Source: Catajapyx aquilonaris (taxonomy: Eukaryota). From it: a stretch of 64,000 nucleotides of DNA. The position numbers and the translations under genes were made by a program. Below the pieces are notes generated by a model. The model worked only from the letters and a program-made list of their open reading frames with translations. It searched no databases and was not told the origin of the DNA. Below are positions 1 to 13,470 of the stretch, one piece after another. The stretch covers positions 1 through 64,000 of the forward strand of contig KZ538053.1 of assembly GCA_000934665.2 (NCBI GenBank), read 5' to 3'. Position 1 is the first letter of the stretch; every line of letters begins with the position of its first letter.

Positions 1-256
1 AACAATATCGCTCCTCTCCACTTCAAACGTGAACATAATTCGACAACAAATGGACGCTGTTCTACCAATACAAATGAATGTGATCTTAATTTTTTTTAAA
101 CCCATCGTACGGTATGTCAAAAAATGCATCCAACTAACATGTCCTATTGGTATATCTTCTCAATAATATTTCACCTAATACTGTCAACGATGTTTGTTTG
201 CATGTCCACTGGAAGTTATCTCAATCCCCACTGGGTGCGCCACCTCTCTGACTACG

Positions 257-385
257 GTACCTGGTGTCCAACAAGAATTATTGTCGCAAGCGGCAGCGCA
301 CGAACTACAGTCTCTCGTATACCTGTGCTCGTAGATTGTAGTTCGTGCGCTGCCGCTGCGACAATTCTTGTTGGACTGATAGTAC
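257..385. mobile_element. Palindromic MITE, GTAC-bounded family A, copy 1
   Basis: Arms GTCCAACAAGAATT..GTCGC..GCGGCAGCGCACGAACTACA and TGTAGTTCGTGCGCTGCCGCTGCGACAATTCTTGTTGGAC; GTAC at both ends; near-identical inverted copy at 5318-5442. Confidence 0.85.
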
Positions 386-414
386 ATCCCTGCTTACTTA
401 GCCCCCCTCCCAAG

Positions 415-727
415 GGTGTATTACCCAATAGGCAGTAGCACGAGCCTAGGGCGGCAAATTTTAGGGGGCGCCAAAAAATCTCATCGAGGAGAAAATTTTG
501 ACTCGTGCGAAAATATGTAGCCTAATACATGGCGGCCTCACTAGTAGGAGTAGTAGTATCCATTACCAAAATCTCTAATTTTTTGAAATAACAATTTTGG
601 AGATATTTGGCCTTGAAATCCGCAAATTTCGGAATTTCCCCAATATCGCATATAAAAATCAGCAGGGAGGGGGGGGGGGGCAGATAAGGCTATGCCTATG
701 GGCGGCGAAAGCCTAAATACGTCACTG
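415..727. mobile_element. Partial hAT-like non-autonomous element
   Basis: Right end CCTAAATACGTCACTG (reverse complement CAGTGACGTATTTAGG) and internal GGGCGGC/GGGCGCC subterminal motifs typical of hAT MITEs; left end eroded. Confidence 0.45.
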
Positions 728-765
728 CCCCCTCCCCACATACCTTCCACCACCTTCCGCTAGAG

Positions 766-992
766 CAGGGGTTCCCAACCTGGGAGTCGTGGCCCCCCAA
801 CGGGGCCGTGAGAGGCATTGTAACATATTTGGTAAATATATTTCTTGCAAATTTCTTGTATTGTTTGGCTGCTTCATTAAAGATGTTTGGGTGCTTCATT
901 AAAAATTTATGTATGTTACTTTTGCAAGGGGGCCGTGGAGAAATTTTAGGTGATTTGGGGGGTCGCGGGTGCAAAAAGGTTGGGAACCCCTG
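766..992. mobile_element. hAT/Charlie-type MITE
   Basis: 16-bp TIRs CAGGGGTTCCCAACCT ... AGGTTGGGAACCCCTG; flanks CGCTAGAG and CGCTCCAC are a degenerate 8-bp TSD, and the left flank resembles the Charlie target NTCTAGAN. Confidence 0.85.
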
Positions 993-1029
993 CGCTCCAC
1001 ACTCTGCCAGGTGGCGCTCCTGTACAGTT

Positions 1030-1119
1030 ACTGCTCGCTACGGGTACCCTTACGGCGTGCACCGAAGGTGCACCCACCACAAGCCCTGTTTATGCACCGT
1101 AGGTGCATTAACCGGCTTG
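1030..1119 (+). mobile_element. Probable Helitron 3' end fragment
   Basis: Two 7-bp-stem hairpins with GNA loops (GTGCACC-GAA-GGTGCAC 1057-1073; ATGCACC-GTA-GGTGCAT 1092-1108) followed by CTTG|T, a variant of the CTRR|T end. Confidence 0.45.
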
Positions 1120-2076
1120 TATTATATAATATACAAATCACCATTCTAGCCCCATCATCTTATTAAAATGCTGAAGATCCCCCAGGAAACTTTCCGAAAC
1201 TTTTTGTGACAGATAGTAGGCTACGTCCACACACACCAGTATAATCCTGCGTGCGCTCAATGTGCGGCATGTCCATTCGGCAAATAAACTGAAAATAGAG
1301 GTCCCGCATCTAAGCCTCTGGCCACATTCCAAATGGAAGAAACAGGCCAGTTACCATAGAGACCAGTGCAGTTTTTGTTCTCATCCAAGTCTCCAGACAC
1401 CATGTTGCCTAACGTCACACTACGCAGCATGACACGTTGAAACCTCCCTCAAATTCCTCTTTCCCCCAAAGTGAAAATGTATACTCTCAGGACTATACAC
1501 TGCAGGGCCGACAAGAAATTCACAGCGGCGCCAATGTATTCAATTAGTCCGGGTTGTGCATGGGGACGTTCTTCGGCGACACACACATTCGACACATCCG
1601 TTTGTTTGCCTTCATGGGCCCAGAGAGGTATAGGGATGGGGGAAAGGGGGGGGGGGGAATACACCACCCATCTACCCTATACACACACCCACACACCCAC
1701 AATTCCCGTCTCTGCCCGAGCTGAAAGGCATTTCCGCTCTGCTAGGAAAAGGGCCGCGTAATTGACTTGGCTCATTCCTATCTCTCTTTATTCATGTACG
1801 CAAATTCGATTCTGCGACCGAAATGGTATTAATGTCGCGCTTGTCTTTGACTCTGCCACTAAAGCGGACGGTATAGAACTTTGCCTTCTAGCAAGAAAGG
1901 TCGTTTCACTTTTCCAACCGTGCGCCATCATCATCGCAGCCATGAAATGGCTCCTTTATTTTTGTTTATTTACTTGCCGGTATAATATGCGGTAGTCAGT
2001 ACCTTTTTACTGTATCTACCGTCCAAGAAACAGCGAAACTTCCATTTACAAACGTATTAAAAACCCCCATTGACAT

Positions 2077-2292
2077 GTACTATGGCCCAAACAAGTATTG
2101 TCGCGGGTTATCCTGGCTTGGATGCAACCCATTGCACAAGTGTGCATTGTGTGTGTCCACAAAGACAGCTAAGAGGCTCCGATGCCGAGCAAAGAAGATA
2201 AGGGACGGGGTCAGATAAGCAACGCACATCTGTGCAATGGGTTGCATCCAAGCCAGGATAACCCGTGACAATCCTTGTTTGGGTGATAGTAC
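2077..2292. mobile_element. Palindromic MITE, GTAC-bounded family B
   Basis: Arms of about 70 bp: GTACTATGGCCCAAACAAGTATTGTCGCGGGTTATCCTGGCTTGGATGCAACCCATTGCACA and its reverse complement ending GGGTGATAGTAC. Confidence 0.85.
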
Positions 2293-5051
2293 CTTAGCCG
2301 CTTATAAAATATATAATAGCCTGTAATAACTAAAAGCGTGTGAACAGACCTACATTTTGTGTTTAATAATTCCATAAGCCTGAAGCATCCCACTGTAATG
2401 CGGATTGTTCCACCCCTTTACAACCACTGTATATGGTGTAAGCACCACGTCTAGAAACGGCCGGTTCATCTGCTATGAGGTGAAAATATGCCCTCACTAC
2501 AACAAAGCACTACACGCCATAATGTTCCATAAACTGCTGCTAAATATAACCGGATTAGTAAACCACAATAGTCCGCTCCCTCTATTTGTCTGGCATATTT
2601 ACAGCATCAGTTGTTCACACATGTGCCCGAATAAATTGTGGTATGTGAGCGAGAGAAAACGTTGGACAATTGATGAGCAGATCCGGACAGAAGAAAGGAA
2701 ACAGACTGCCCAGCACTGATAAAAATCAGGAATCAATATTCAGGCTATAAACCAGTGACCTTTGGTAGGAGAAGAAGACAAAAATCCCTCTGCTGACAAA
2801 ACCGCAGAACTGCTGGCAGCTCCTCCATCAGTACAAGGCTTCGGCGCCAATTGCCGGATAGATAGATGGAGATGGGTAGATAGAGTAGCTATAAAAAAAA
2901 GAGCGTGTGTGGGGGGAGTGGGTCGTCGTGAGGGTGCAGCCAGATCGAAACCTGACACCATTTCCCCCAGATTCTTGGATTTCATCTCATGACGTTTCCC
3001 TCCCCTCCTCGTTTTATGAAATTCGATCAAAAACTTCCTTTAGAAGAATTCCGGCGCCTACACCAATTTGATATGCCAGACTGATCCGTACCCATGCAAT
3101 GCAGGCATCCACTATACATATCACACACGCACTGACATACACAAGCTCTAACGTAATGTAGAATTATGACGGCTTCCCTGAGTCCTAATCGAAACTCTTC
3201 CAGCCCTACCATCATAAACGTAAAATTTACTGCAAGTGCCCTTCCCAAAATCCTCCGCTTGGGTCTCAAATCTCCAGTTGGGATAAGAATTTAAACGGTT
3301 TTATTGCAGGTCCATGCAGCTAGTAAGTCGGGGCTGCAGTTCTCTACTTCTCTTTCGTCCACATCACATCCTCTATTCTTTTTTGCTTTAGACTGTGGTT
3401 AGCAACTCTACTTTTCCTCCCCACAAGTCGGATCGAAGCCCATTCCCAATCAATTACTTCTCCAGCAGCACCGTCTTCTCGCGAGGCAATTGCATCCCAC
3501 GGGGGAAAAGAGGGGGCTTCACTTTTTCCCTTTCCACCATCCCAATTATCCCTATTCCCTGAGGCTGCGATTAACTATTTAAGACGTCATAGAGTCTACT
3601 TTTGATTATACCTAATAGGATGCGTGCCAGTCAGTTCAGATCCGTATCGGTGGAAATCTCGTGGGCACGGGTGCACGATGTCTTTGATATGTGCCGCATG
3701 TATGTGTATGGTATCAAGCATAATTTTCACCAAAAATCTTTGTGGAGTAAACAAAATGGATGACCTGCCAACGCTGACAGGTTTGAGGATTGTGTATGCT
3801 TTGAGCTGAAATAAAATTGCCAAATACGGACTTCCGCCCGTGTCCATGATGCAGCCGAGTACCTACTCTTCTGGAGTTATTTTAGTGCCAAAACATATGC
3901 AGGAGTATCAAACGAGCCAGAAACAATATTGTTTTACACAGAACTACTCGGCTTTACATGTTTAATGAATATGCTGACTTGCCCAAAATCAATGCGTTCA
4001 ATTCCTGTCGAGGTCGACAATTGGAGCCCAATTCCACTCACACCAATCAGAAATGTTGATTGCGCTATTCAACATCACTTTGTCCAATGGTATTTTGACA
4101 TGCCTAGCTTTAAGGCTGACGTTGCGTTTCATTTAAATAATAGTCATATTTCACATGCGTTACATAATTTTTGCCATTTGTTGGATTTTTAATGCTGGGG
4201 ATTTCCAACACATTGTTGGTGTTTCTTCCCAGTCATTACTATTCACATGTGACTTTATGTAGGCGTGCTTTTTATCCCTAACAATAACAGCATACATAAA
4301 CAACCACCAAAATCTGATAAAATAACAAAATCATTGTCTGTGACAAGGACTCTTGTTACACCATCCGTATCGTCCAGTGAATAACTGAATCCTGCTGTGG
4401 GCACTTGGCTCCAATAGCGTTTATGGACAGATCCATGTAGGTGTCAGTTGAGCTGACTATACTTGAACTAAATACCCACAACGTGGTTTGGGATTAATCT
4501 CTTCATTTACACAGAGTGCATGAGATGTTTAATCGAAATGTTACGCTCCAAATACACTATACACAATATGCAGATAACACTAAATATTGTGTTACAACGT
4601 TGCTCTTTTTGAATGAAAAAAATGTGACCGATGAAAGCAGCCTTTCAAACAAATCCCTTGCACATGATTTTACAGTATAATTCAAGTACGAAATCAGAGC
4701 ATCATAGGGAAGCAATAGTAACCAAGAACCACCACATAGCAAGGAATACATGACCAAAATACATTAACATAGGCCACATCACGTAGAGGGTGTTTTATCA
4801 TGATTACAACATAATGCGAGTTCTTATCATTAATTGATCCTTTTATGTCATAATTATGGTCTCAGCAGCCTTGCCAGAAAATAATATCGTATATCTTGGT
4901 CAAACGTTTTTAGGCGCTGTACAACCATCAACACTCTGTCTCCCTTTTAAAAACATTACCCCGGGTGTGTTCGCGTGGGTTTTCTCTGGTTTCTCCCATT
5001 TCTTCCCACTGCCAGAAAAGCTCTCCTGGCCTTCTTTGGTGTGGTACTCAA

Positions 5052-5280
5052 TTAGAGCTGTCTTGCTTTCCTTATCCCTCGCTTGGCGGCGGCGGTGATA
5101 AGGCCCTTCCGAGCCAGAACATCTGACCCCAATGAACCAACGACAACAACAGCTTCACCCAGGGCGAATTCTGATGGATGTATAGAACCAAGATACGTTT
5201 GGCCGAAACTTTTTTTGTGTGAATGCACAAATCTCAGAAGTATTCCCAGTGAAGGATACACAAGGGGCATTACCATCTCC
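5052..5280 (-). other. Possible terminal exon-like segment (unverified)
   Basis: ATAATCAG possible acceptor followed by an open frame EMVMPLVYPSLGILLRFVHSHKK...RKARQL*; weak pyrimidine tract and no homology I recognise. Confidence 0.15.
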
Positions 5281-5317
5281 TGATTATAACATTATTATAC
5301 TGTACTTATAATGTTAG

Positions 5318-5442
5318 GTACTATCAGTCCAACAAGAATTGTCGCAGCGGCAGCGCACGAACTACAATCTACGAGCACAGGGACACGAGAGACTGTAGTT
5401 CGTGCGCTGCCGCTGCGACAATTCTTGCTGGACAGCAGGTAC
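5318..5442. mobile_element. Palindromic MITE, GTAC-bounded family A, copy 2
   Basis: GTACTATCAGTCCAACAAGAATTGTCGCAGCGGCAGCGCACGAACTACA ... GGACAGCAGGTAC; reverse-complement match to 257-385 including the loop. Confidence 0.85.
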
Positions 5443-6851
5443 CACTGTCTATAAAGCTTTGGCCTGAAACATTAGACGGAACGTAGTGTACAGTACATCG
5501 AACCCAGCATACTTGCTACGCGCGCACACTACCACGATATTGTTAATGTCCAGGTAATTACCAGGGGATTACTCACAATTTATCACTATCATGTAGTTGA
5601 GGCAGGCTAGCCGTGTGGTTACTTCGTACTACAGTAGTTATCAATACATTTTGGGTCAAGGACCTACCTGCTACCCAGGTAACCATTTAGCGTACGAAGC
5701 TTTTCCAACATACAACCAAAATCCTCTTAGACACACGTCAGAGCATGAGTTCATATCAAAAATCAGCCTTTGAAGGAATTATGTTGCATTGTAAACCAAA
5801 CTGCACTTTTCACCTGAACCACACGTAGACAAGAAACAATGCCCCAGAAAACAGTTACACCACCTAACCTCTTTGATCTTACCACCTGTCATCCTATACA
5901 ATGCATAACTCCAACCCCCCCTCTCAACTCCTTGTAATTGAGCGCATGATTGTTTCACATTCAGGTCATTGTGTCTAGACCAAGCAAAAAAATTCAACAT
6001 GCCTGGTTCCGACTTTGAGTGATGAAGGCGGCGACAGATCCGCACGGATTCCTGGACTCTTGCCGCTCCAAATAAATCCAGTCCCGCCTGCAACAGCCGT
6101 CATTCCAAAGAGCCCCCTCCGACCGACCAAAGTTCGCAAACCCTGCCCATGTACAGTTAGCTACCTTGTGTTTCAAAGGACCCCCGTGCCTAGGCTGCGG
6201 TTTATTCCCAGGGACCAACCCGCTAGCATATGCCCTAAAGCTAAAATGCGCAAATTGGCAACACACCTTTGTATTCTCCTGTTTCTTTCACCTCGCTGGA
6301 CATGTTGCGGAGTGGTCAACCTCCAATTCTGACAAACCCAAGCTCTGCTAGTACCGTACCTGTGCATTTTTGGCATGCTGTAGGGAAAGAGAATTTCGTC
6401 TAGAAAAAAAAAAAACTCTGGACGGTGAAGTGGTAGCCCTGGAGAAATCGGTTAGCACTCAAAACCCAATAGCCTAAAGTACAAAGTATGAGGGGTATGT
6501 ATACACACGGCTGCTCTAGGGGAATTCTCTGCTGCAGGGTTCACCCCTCCACCACCATCACTTCTCCTAGCAAACTCAAGCAAGAAAACGAGGCTGGATA
6601 AAAGCAGGGTCCTGTCCCCAGAGTGGAGAGTTTGCCCGAAATAAAGTTTGGGTAATGTATGGGTGTCTCACTGCCAGAACTGCAGCACATTCCATAGAAG
6701 CGACTGGAATGCGATGGAATTGGATTTTACAATTTTGTAATTATTATTATCACAATGATGGATGGACTGAAAGAAGCTTGTCATGCGTATAAAGAACTTT
6801 AATATAATTATTTTCACATTACTAGTAAATTGAATGATCAGCACATCTCTG

Positions 6852-6852
<1 letters not shown>

Positions 6853-6929
<77 letters not shown>

Positions 6930-6947
6930 CATCATCATCATCATTAT
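6853..6947. repeat. (ATT)n-(ATC)n compound microsatellite
   Basis: About 25 ATT units followed by a few ATC units; explains the poly-L and poly-Y ORFs. Confidence 0.98.
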
Positions 6948-9900
6948 CCATTGATTTCCAATACATGTTTCCATGTATATACAGTACAACAGAAATATGC
7001 TCAGAATATATATTTTTCTATTAGAAGTGATATTCCATAGACAAGTTTTACTGTAGGCTACATAAAAATTTCATTTGTAGTGGGTGCAATATGCATTCTT
7101 TTGGCTGCATTGCCTCTAGTGTGAATTCCTGGTAGCTATGGGTGATAATTTTACATTCAGGTGTCATGTGACAGGCGCCGTCTAGTTACGGAGGCAATTA
7201 GCTTTGATCTAGTAGAACAGTATATTCTGTCAGTTCGACACTTCCTCTGCGAGTGACCGCTACATGATTGGTTCAAAGTGTAAATTAAAACTGCATGGTG
7301 ACAATTACATTAAAAGGAGAGTTCGTGTTGACTGTAGGGGCGTACCTCTTCCACAGGGTGATCCTATATAGTTTCGGATCCTCCTCCCATGCACTAGTTT
7401 ATTCAATATGAAATACAGTATTTAAAAACTTATAGAAAACTGTAAGAAGACAACCACTTAAAGATGCATCCTATTTTTTCCGCAGAAAAATACAAACTGA
7501 ATGTGAACCAATTTTATTCTAACAACCACTTATTTTTGAATGTTTTCACAAGATGATGCATTATGTTACAGTTATTACCCAAATGTTTGCAACACTTCAG
7601 ATGGTAGCCTTCACTCATAAATGAAAATATGCGATTATCTGATATTTGCATCTCAGCGGGAATAATTATGTCATAATGGAATCCATCGGAAAATGTCAGA
7701 AATGTGTGTTATGAAGGAAATGAAATATCAATGTGCCAAATGGCGGCACATTGATTCATCACACCACAAAAAGGTCCGTCTTGCTGTAATGCATTTACCA
7801 GTGGACCGAACACACATCCAAAGATAACTCTTCATATCCTTTGCAGCTTTGGACTGCAAAATTATGTGCAGCTTCTGTTGAAAAGTGAGCTATAATTTCA
7901 TCACTTATTGTGATGTTACTTGTTTCTGTATGCCGTTTAGAGTGAATATTACACAGGGTACTGTACAGTCAGAGTATAATGGTTTTATGAACCCAGAAAA
8001 TAATGCATGTTTCATTTTGTGTGCATATTCATATTTTGAATTTAAGGATATATTTGTAACATATCCACCACATCAACATTCGCGTGTTTTCAGCATCTTT
8101 AAATCTAAATATGCTGACACTTTGGTGACTCAGAGAAACTGAGAAAGTATGATAACATGAGAACTATGGACCAGGACGGGTCAGAAATAATGGGGTGAAC
8201 GGCCGCCCAAGTATTTCTCTGCAGAGTTTGCTTCTCTCAGTATGCGCAAATCATGACATCAGATGTCTAATAAGGCCTGTGCCGAAGAATGTAGTGAGCA
8301 GAGGAACCAGAGCCCTGCCACTTTCCCAGAAGAGAGTGAATCATCAATGGGGAATTGATTATAGTACAGTATCAGGTCTTTGGCGTTTTCACGGCTTGTC
8401 TTTCATTCTTGTTGACTGTGTAGCAAACAATCTGTAACTATGAAATCGAGGTTGTCAAAACTTTTTATACCTTGATACAATCGGGCCTTAATTTTAAAAG
8501 CAATAAATAAACAACTGGGAAGTCAAAGGTTCTACAAGATGGCAAATCACAAGCTTCTAGTGTGCTATTATGTGACTTTTGTGTTCAATGCAGCTTCACA
8601 TATTGAATTAGAAGAAGCATTGATAATGCATTTAGATGTAAGAACCTCCAACCTGAGCCTTAAAAATTTCAAGAGCTTCCAATCCACTGAGCTCTTCACA
8701 TCCTATAGCTGGCGCTGGCGGCTACAAACCTTTTTACAGCTAGGAAACGGTCATTCATCTTTCTCTGGCTTCTCCGACTCAACTAATTGATCAATACACT
8801 GTGTATGAAGGCTCGGTAATATTGCAGGATCTTTTCAATTCCTAGAAAGCCAGTTCAGTAAGTCAAATAAGTGAGTTACACGTATCATAACGTAACTGTC
8901 TTCTTCAATGAATATTGGACAAGATTCTAACGGCTTCATACGGTACGGTAATATTCGTTGCGTATCAACCTATTCGATTACCGCAGCATTTGTCGACTTA
9001 ACACCTCCAAAGCTTAACCCAATTATTTGCTTCACTTCTCTCCTGTCATCAACAAAATAATTGAACTTTACGATTATTCACCAGAAAGTGTCAAGGGGAA
9101 AAATATTCTTCTTACTGCCGGCGCCAAAAGTGTAAGTACACGAGGCAAATCTTCTTCTACCACCTTTCAGAAGAGGGGGGGCTTTGCTCCAAAATTTCTA
9201 GTTACTGTGAAGTAAGGGAATGCTTTAGATTAAAGCCAGGGCAAGGAAGGGAAAGAAGCGAGAAGAATAAAGAGAAATCGATCTGGCCAGGGCAGAATTC
9301 ACTAGGATTTTCTTTTCCTTGAAAACAGCGCAGTTTTTTTTTCTTGTGTCGGCTTTTCTCCTCCTTTCCTCCACTAGCTCCGCTTCGTTCCTTTCAACTT
9401 TGGGTAACGTGCCTCAAAACAAGTTTGAGGAGCCCTTTTTTTATACCCCACCCACCAAAAGCGCGCAAGAAATTATCTCGACTACATTATCGTCATTCCA
9501 ACACTGCGACTGATGTAGAGGGCCTAAGGCATCCCTTTGTATGGCGCACAGGTCGGTCCCGGTGGTCACTTTGTTTGACCAAGGTTTGCTTCATTTTCGG
9601 TGCGGTATGGTGGGTTTATTACCCGCTGTCAGTGGCACAAATAGGATTGATACAATCAAGTGAATTTTGTTTACCGTTTTTGTGTTCCGGAATTTCCAGC
9701 TTTTCAGTATTTCATTTCAATCGCTTTGGCATACAGATCTACAGGTCAGGCAATGTTTGGATCATATCCTACCACTTAGGCAACCACTGCACAAAAGTGG
9801 ATCCAATTGACGCCTTCCCTACAAAACAAATGTTGGGTGGGTGGCTGCGTTTGTCTGAGGCGAACCCAAATCTCCGACGTCGCCAACGTTGCTTTCTCGA

Positions 9901-12900
9901 CATTATTTTCTCCCTGACTGCCTGACTGCCGGACGACATACTTGTAAGAAACAGCCTGTACAGTAATATCCCCAGGCGGGCAAGGTTTATCTGCCAAAGG
10001 GTAGAATGCATTAAACTAAAGAGTATGTGATGGAATTCAATGCTCCCTACGTCGTAGCCATTAGCGTATGCCTGTATTACGTATACCTGTACAGCTGTTT
10101 TACTTTATAGGGCGATGTCGTTAAAATCTGGCCCTGCAGAGCTGCACAACTCCAACATAATAAGCAAAGTAGATAAAGAAGCAAGAATGAAATAACAAAA
10201 AAATTATAAAATGGAACACAACCAATAAATTATGATAAAATAATGTAAATAAAATAATAGCGCAATTAATCTTTTGGAGTAATATTAAATTCAGAGTCCA
10301 TTTCGTGTTCATGCTATACCCAGTACTGTAGATATTTTCTCCCTCTATCACAGACCGCACTTGGAAATCGGCCTGCTTATAGTAGCTACAAATGGCTAAA
10401 TTATTGTGCATTCGGGGAAAAAAAAAACTCCCAGTGAAAGTGACAAGTTAAGAAACCTTCCCTTAATCACTGCTAATAGAATTGCACCAACGCAGTCGCA
10501 CTTGCTATGCTGCCGCATAAAGTACTGCACGTCAGGTTCATGCCCTGAAAAGTTTCAAAGGCAAAAAAAAAGTCAGCATTGCATTGAAATAGAGGTAATT
10601 TCCCTGAACGACCTGGCCTGCAAAGCTCGCCGCCTAATGGAAGCGGAGTAACGCTTTCCTTCTTTTTTTTTTTCTAAGCCAGGACTGAATAAGCGGCTAC
10701 CACTAATACAGTGATCTAGATCGATTCAATTCTACCATGCTTTTAGAAAACGATATCGCGTTTCTGGATCAAATAGCAAAGAAGGATGCCGACTTTCTAT
10801 TTTCAAAGTAACCTTGCTCACAAACAGCATTTTTTTTGTATAAAAATATATCATCTTGGATATTCGTATTATCTAAAGGGCCTATCCTGAGCTCCGGTTA
10901 TTTTGACGAGAGTCATCCCTTGCGAACAGGTAACTTAATTCGTTAGTTCCCCAGCTGAAAGGAAAGGAGCTCTGGATTGAGTCTGGTGGCCGTAATAGAT
11001 ATAAAAATGAAGTGAGGGAGGCCAATGGTGTGGTATAGGCGTGCAAGTTCCTGCTGGGAGTTTGAGGTCGCCATTAAGGGCCTCTTAATGGTCTCCCTGG
11101 TCGCCTCTAGCCTCAGAGATGGCCAGTCGACTGGAACAAATTCCGCAATAACGAAGAAGGAGCAAAAGACGAGGAAGAAAAGAAGAAGAGGAGAAGGAGA
11201 AGCTGCACTCGAGTAGCCCCTGCCACAATTTCCATGAGTGATCCAGACTGTAATGGCCTCCGTTGGCTTCCTTAGTCCAAGGCGTTTCCTCTCCATTCAC
11301 CGTGGCGGTCAAGATGTGTCTTCTCCACCAGATCCCAATGGAATTTTTGGCCCTTCCCACCTCTCATTTATCTTGCCCCACAAATGCGATCCTTTCCATT
11401 TCTTTTCCTGGGCACCCCCATATCCCTCTGAGGAGTTTCATTCGTCTCATCCATCATGGCTGCGGGCCAGCATCTTATTCCACTCTCTCCAGCCCGCAGT
11501 ATACATTAATTAGGTCAGAATCAACCTTCTGATCGTAGTGAGGGAATGTTATTAAGTTATAATAATCCCGAATCCAACTTAAACTGCTGCAACAATATGG
11601 CCGGTTGTATAAACCCGCACTACCTATATAGAGGCACTCATATAATTTTCCTTCCACAAACGCGCTCTACAAAATGGAACCGTAGGGATCCCAAGGTATA
11701 AGCGGTTCTTGCAATCGGCCATAAGCCACAGAAAACAGCACGTGCTGCGTGGTTTCGTCATAACTTCGCTAATAGGTACATTATAGAGCGTCATGATCGC
11801 TGATTGCTTCGATTATTGCAGAAAAGTATGGAGAACAATGGTCATCGCCTTTTGTGAGCATGTTTGCATTATTATTCGTCTAAAGGCCGATTGCATTTTG
11901 ATGGAGGACAATCCACTTAGGAGAACTTATATTGCCTATCAAGTACAATCTTATAGGTCACATTCCAAGAATTAAGCATACAAAAAAATATATAATATCT
12001 GCCCCACAACACACATATTTTTATATTCAATTTCCAGTTTCTAAACTACACTTTTCAAAAGCTGCCTTCCCAAGAAACAACAGTTACTACATATAAAAAC
12101 GATGTCAGCTACTCTGGGAGTTCTAGAAGAGCACACTCCTGACAGTCCCTTCCACTCGCCAGAGCTAGTTGTCTACTCCAGCCTCCGAGCTTCTAAAACT
12201 CCGGATTGCTTCATACATCTTTCGACTCCCAGCATCACGTCACCTGCTCCGCTGAGTACTGCAGAAACACTTGTAGGCTACTCCATACTGGACTCCCCAA
12301 ACTACTTTTTTCTGTCTTGCAAATTGCACTGCCAAAGTGCACTCTCGTGTATTCAAACTCAGGATGCTTCTTTTCTCACGGCCTCTACACCTGATTGCTC
12401 CTCCTTTCGATACAAGGCCTCCTCGGATTTCCTTCGGGATTTGGTCCGGGGAAGCTGACTACTGTCTCCGATCATCACTACAATCGGACTTTGAATGAAA
12501 CTATTTTTTTCTCCCCTTAACCCTACAATACCCTGAGAACAAATCATGTGGACCACTTCGCTTCATGACATCCTAAGCGTGACGAATTTCATTGCCTCGG
12601 GAAAAAAATGTCATTAGGTTATTCCCTGTTGACAAACATGCGTTGCTAGAGTGTCGGAGGTGGGATGGGAGGAAGTACGGGGAGGGGCTAACGAGCAGGG
12701 TGCACTTGAGTTATTTCCAGCTCCTCGTACCGTAATCTGAAAAGAGGATTACGCCACTTGGGTTGTCCAGCTCAACGGCCCAGTTAAACCTTTAATGAAA
12801 TTCTGACACGAGCTCTCTAGCCTTAGCCGGTACCACTGCACTGTCAACAACAAAAAATCTGCCAGGGGCCTCTCCAACTCGGACTAACACCGACATCACG

Positions 12901-13176
12901 GTAGTCAACTCCTTTCTTCATTCACAGCAACGTTCTGCCTGCTCCATTACTCTCCTGACACGTTCACTCAAGCGGAATGCACTAATTAAGAAATCAGCGC
13001 CAGGTGAAAGCATGTGATTTCCGGACTACTTTTCGAGTAGACCTAGCTTTTAATATGAGCCGCACTAATCTAATATCCTGTCATCGAGTATAAGTGTGAA
13101 TTACGCGCCGGTGTCTGACGTTGAATTTAATGTACGGTATGGGTTTTTGAGCTTTCCCTTGTGACTGAGTTTAGGC

Positions 13177-13365
13177 CAATGGTCTTCAACATTTTGGATG
13201 TCAGGAATTTTCTCTCTCTTTATATCTATGCCGGAACTCGTGTACAATAAAACCGGTGGGTGTTTTTAACATTTAGGCCTATAACAATGCAGCAAGGTGT
13301 TAACATAATTAATAAATCCACCATTATCGAAAATATCTTCGTGGAACATCGGTTGAAGACCAATG
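13177..13365. mobile_element. hAT/Charlie-like MITE
   Basis: TIRs CAATGGTCTTCAAC ... GTTGAAGACCAATG; flanks GTTTAGGC and GTTTCGGT match at 6 of 8 positions (8-bp TSD). Confidence 0.7.
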
Positions 13366-13470
13366 GTTTCGGTTATGTTTTTGTTTTGTTTTGTTGTACT
13401 GAATAACTTAGAAATGCATAGTGTTAATTCCGCGAGGACCAGGGGAAGGCAATTTGTTTAAAGGGTTACA

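Noticed and set aside
6830..7040. Poly-Leu and poly-Tyr ORFs
   Set aside because: Translations of the (ATT)n microsatellite.
9344..9925. Longest ORF (193 aa) as a gene
   Set aside because: Non-ATG start, no recognisable domain and random-like composition.
12102..12458. Ser/Thr/Pro-rich ORF with recurring ACTCC
   Set aside because: Looks like a decayed short-motif repeat or transposon interior; boundaries could not be defined.
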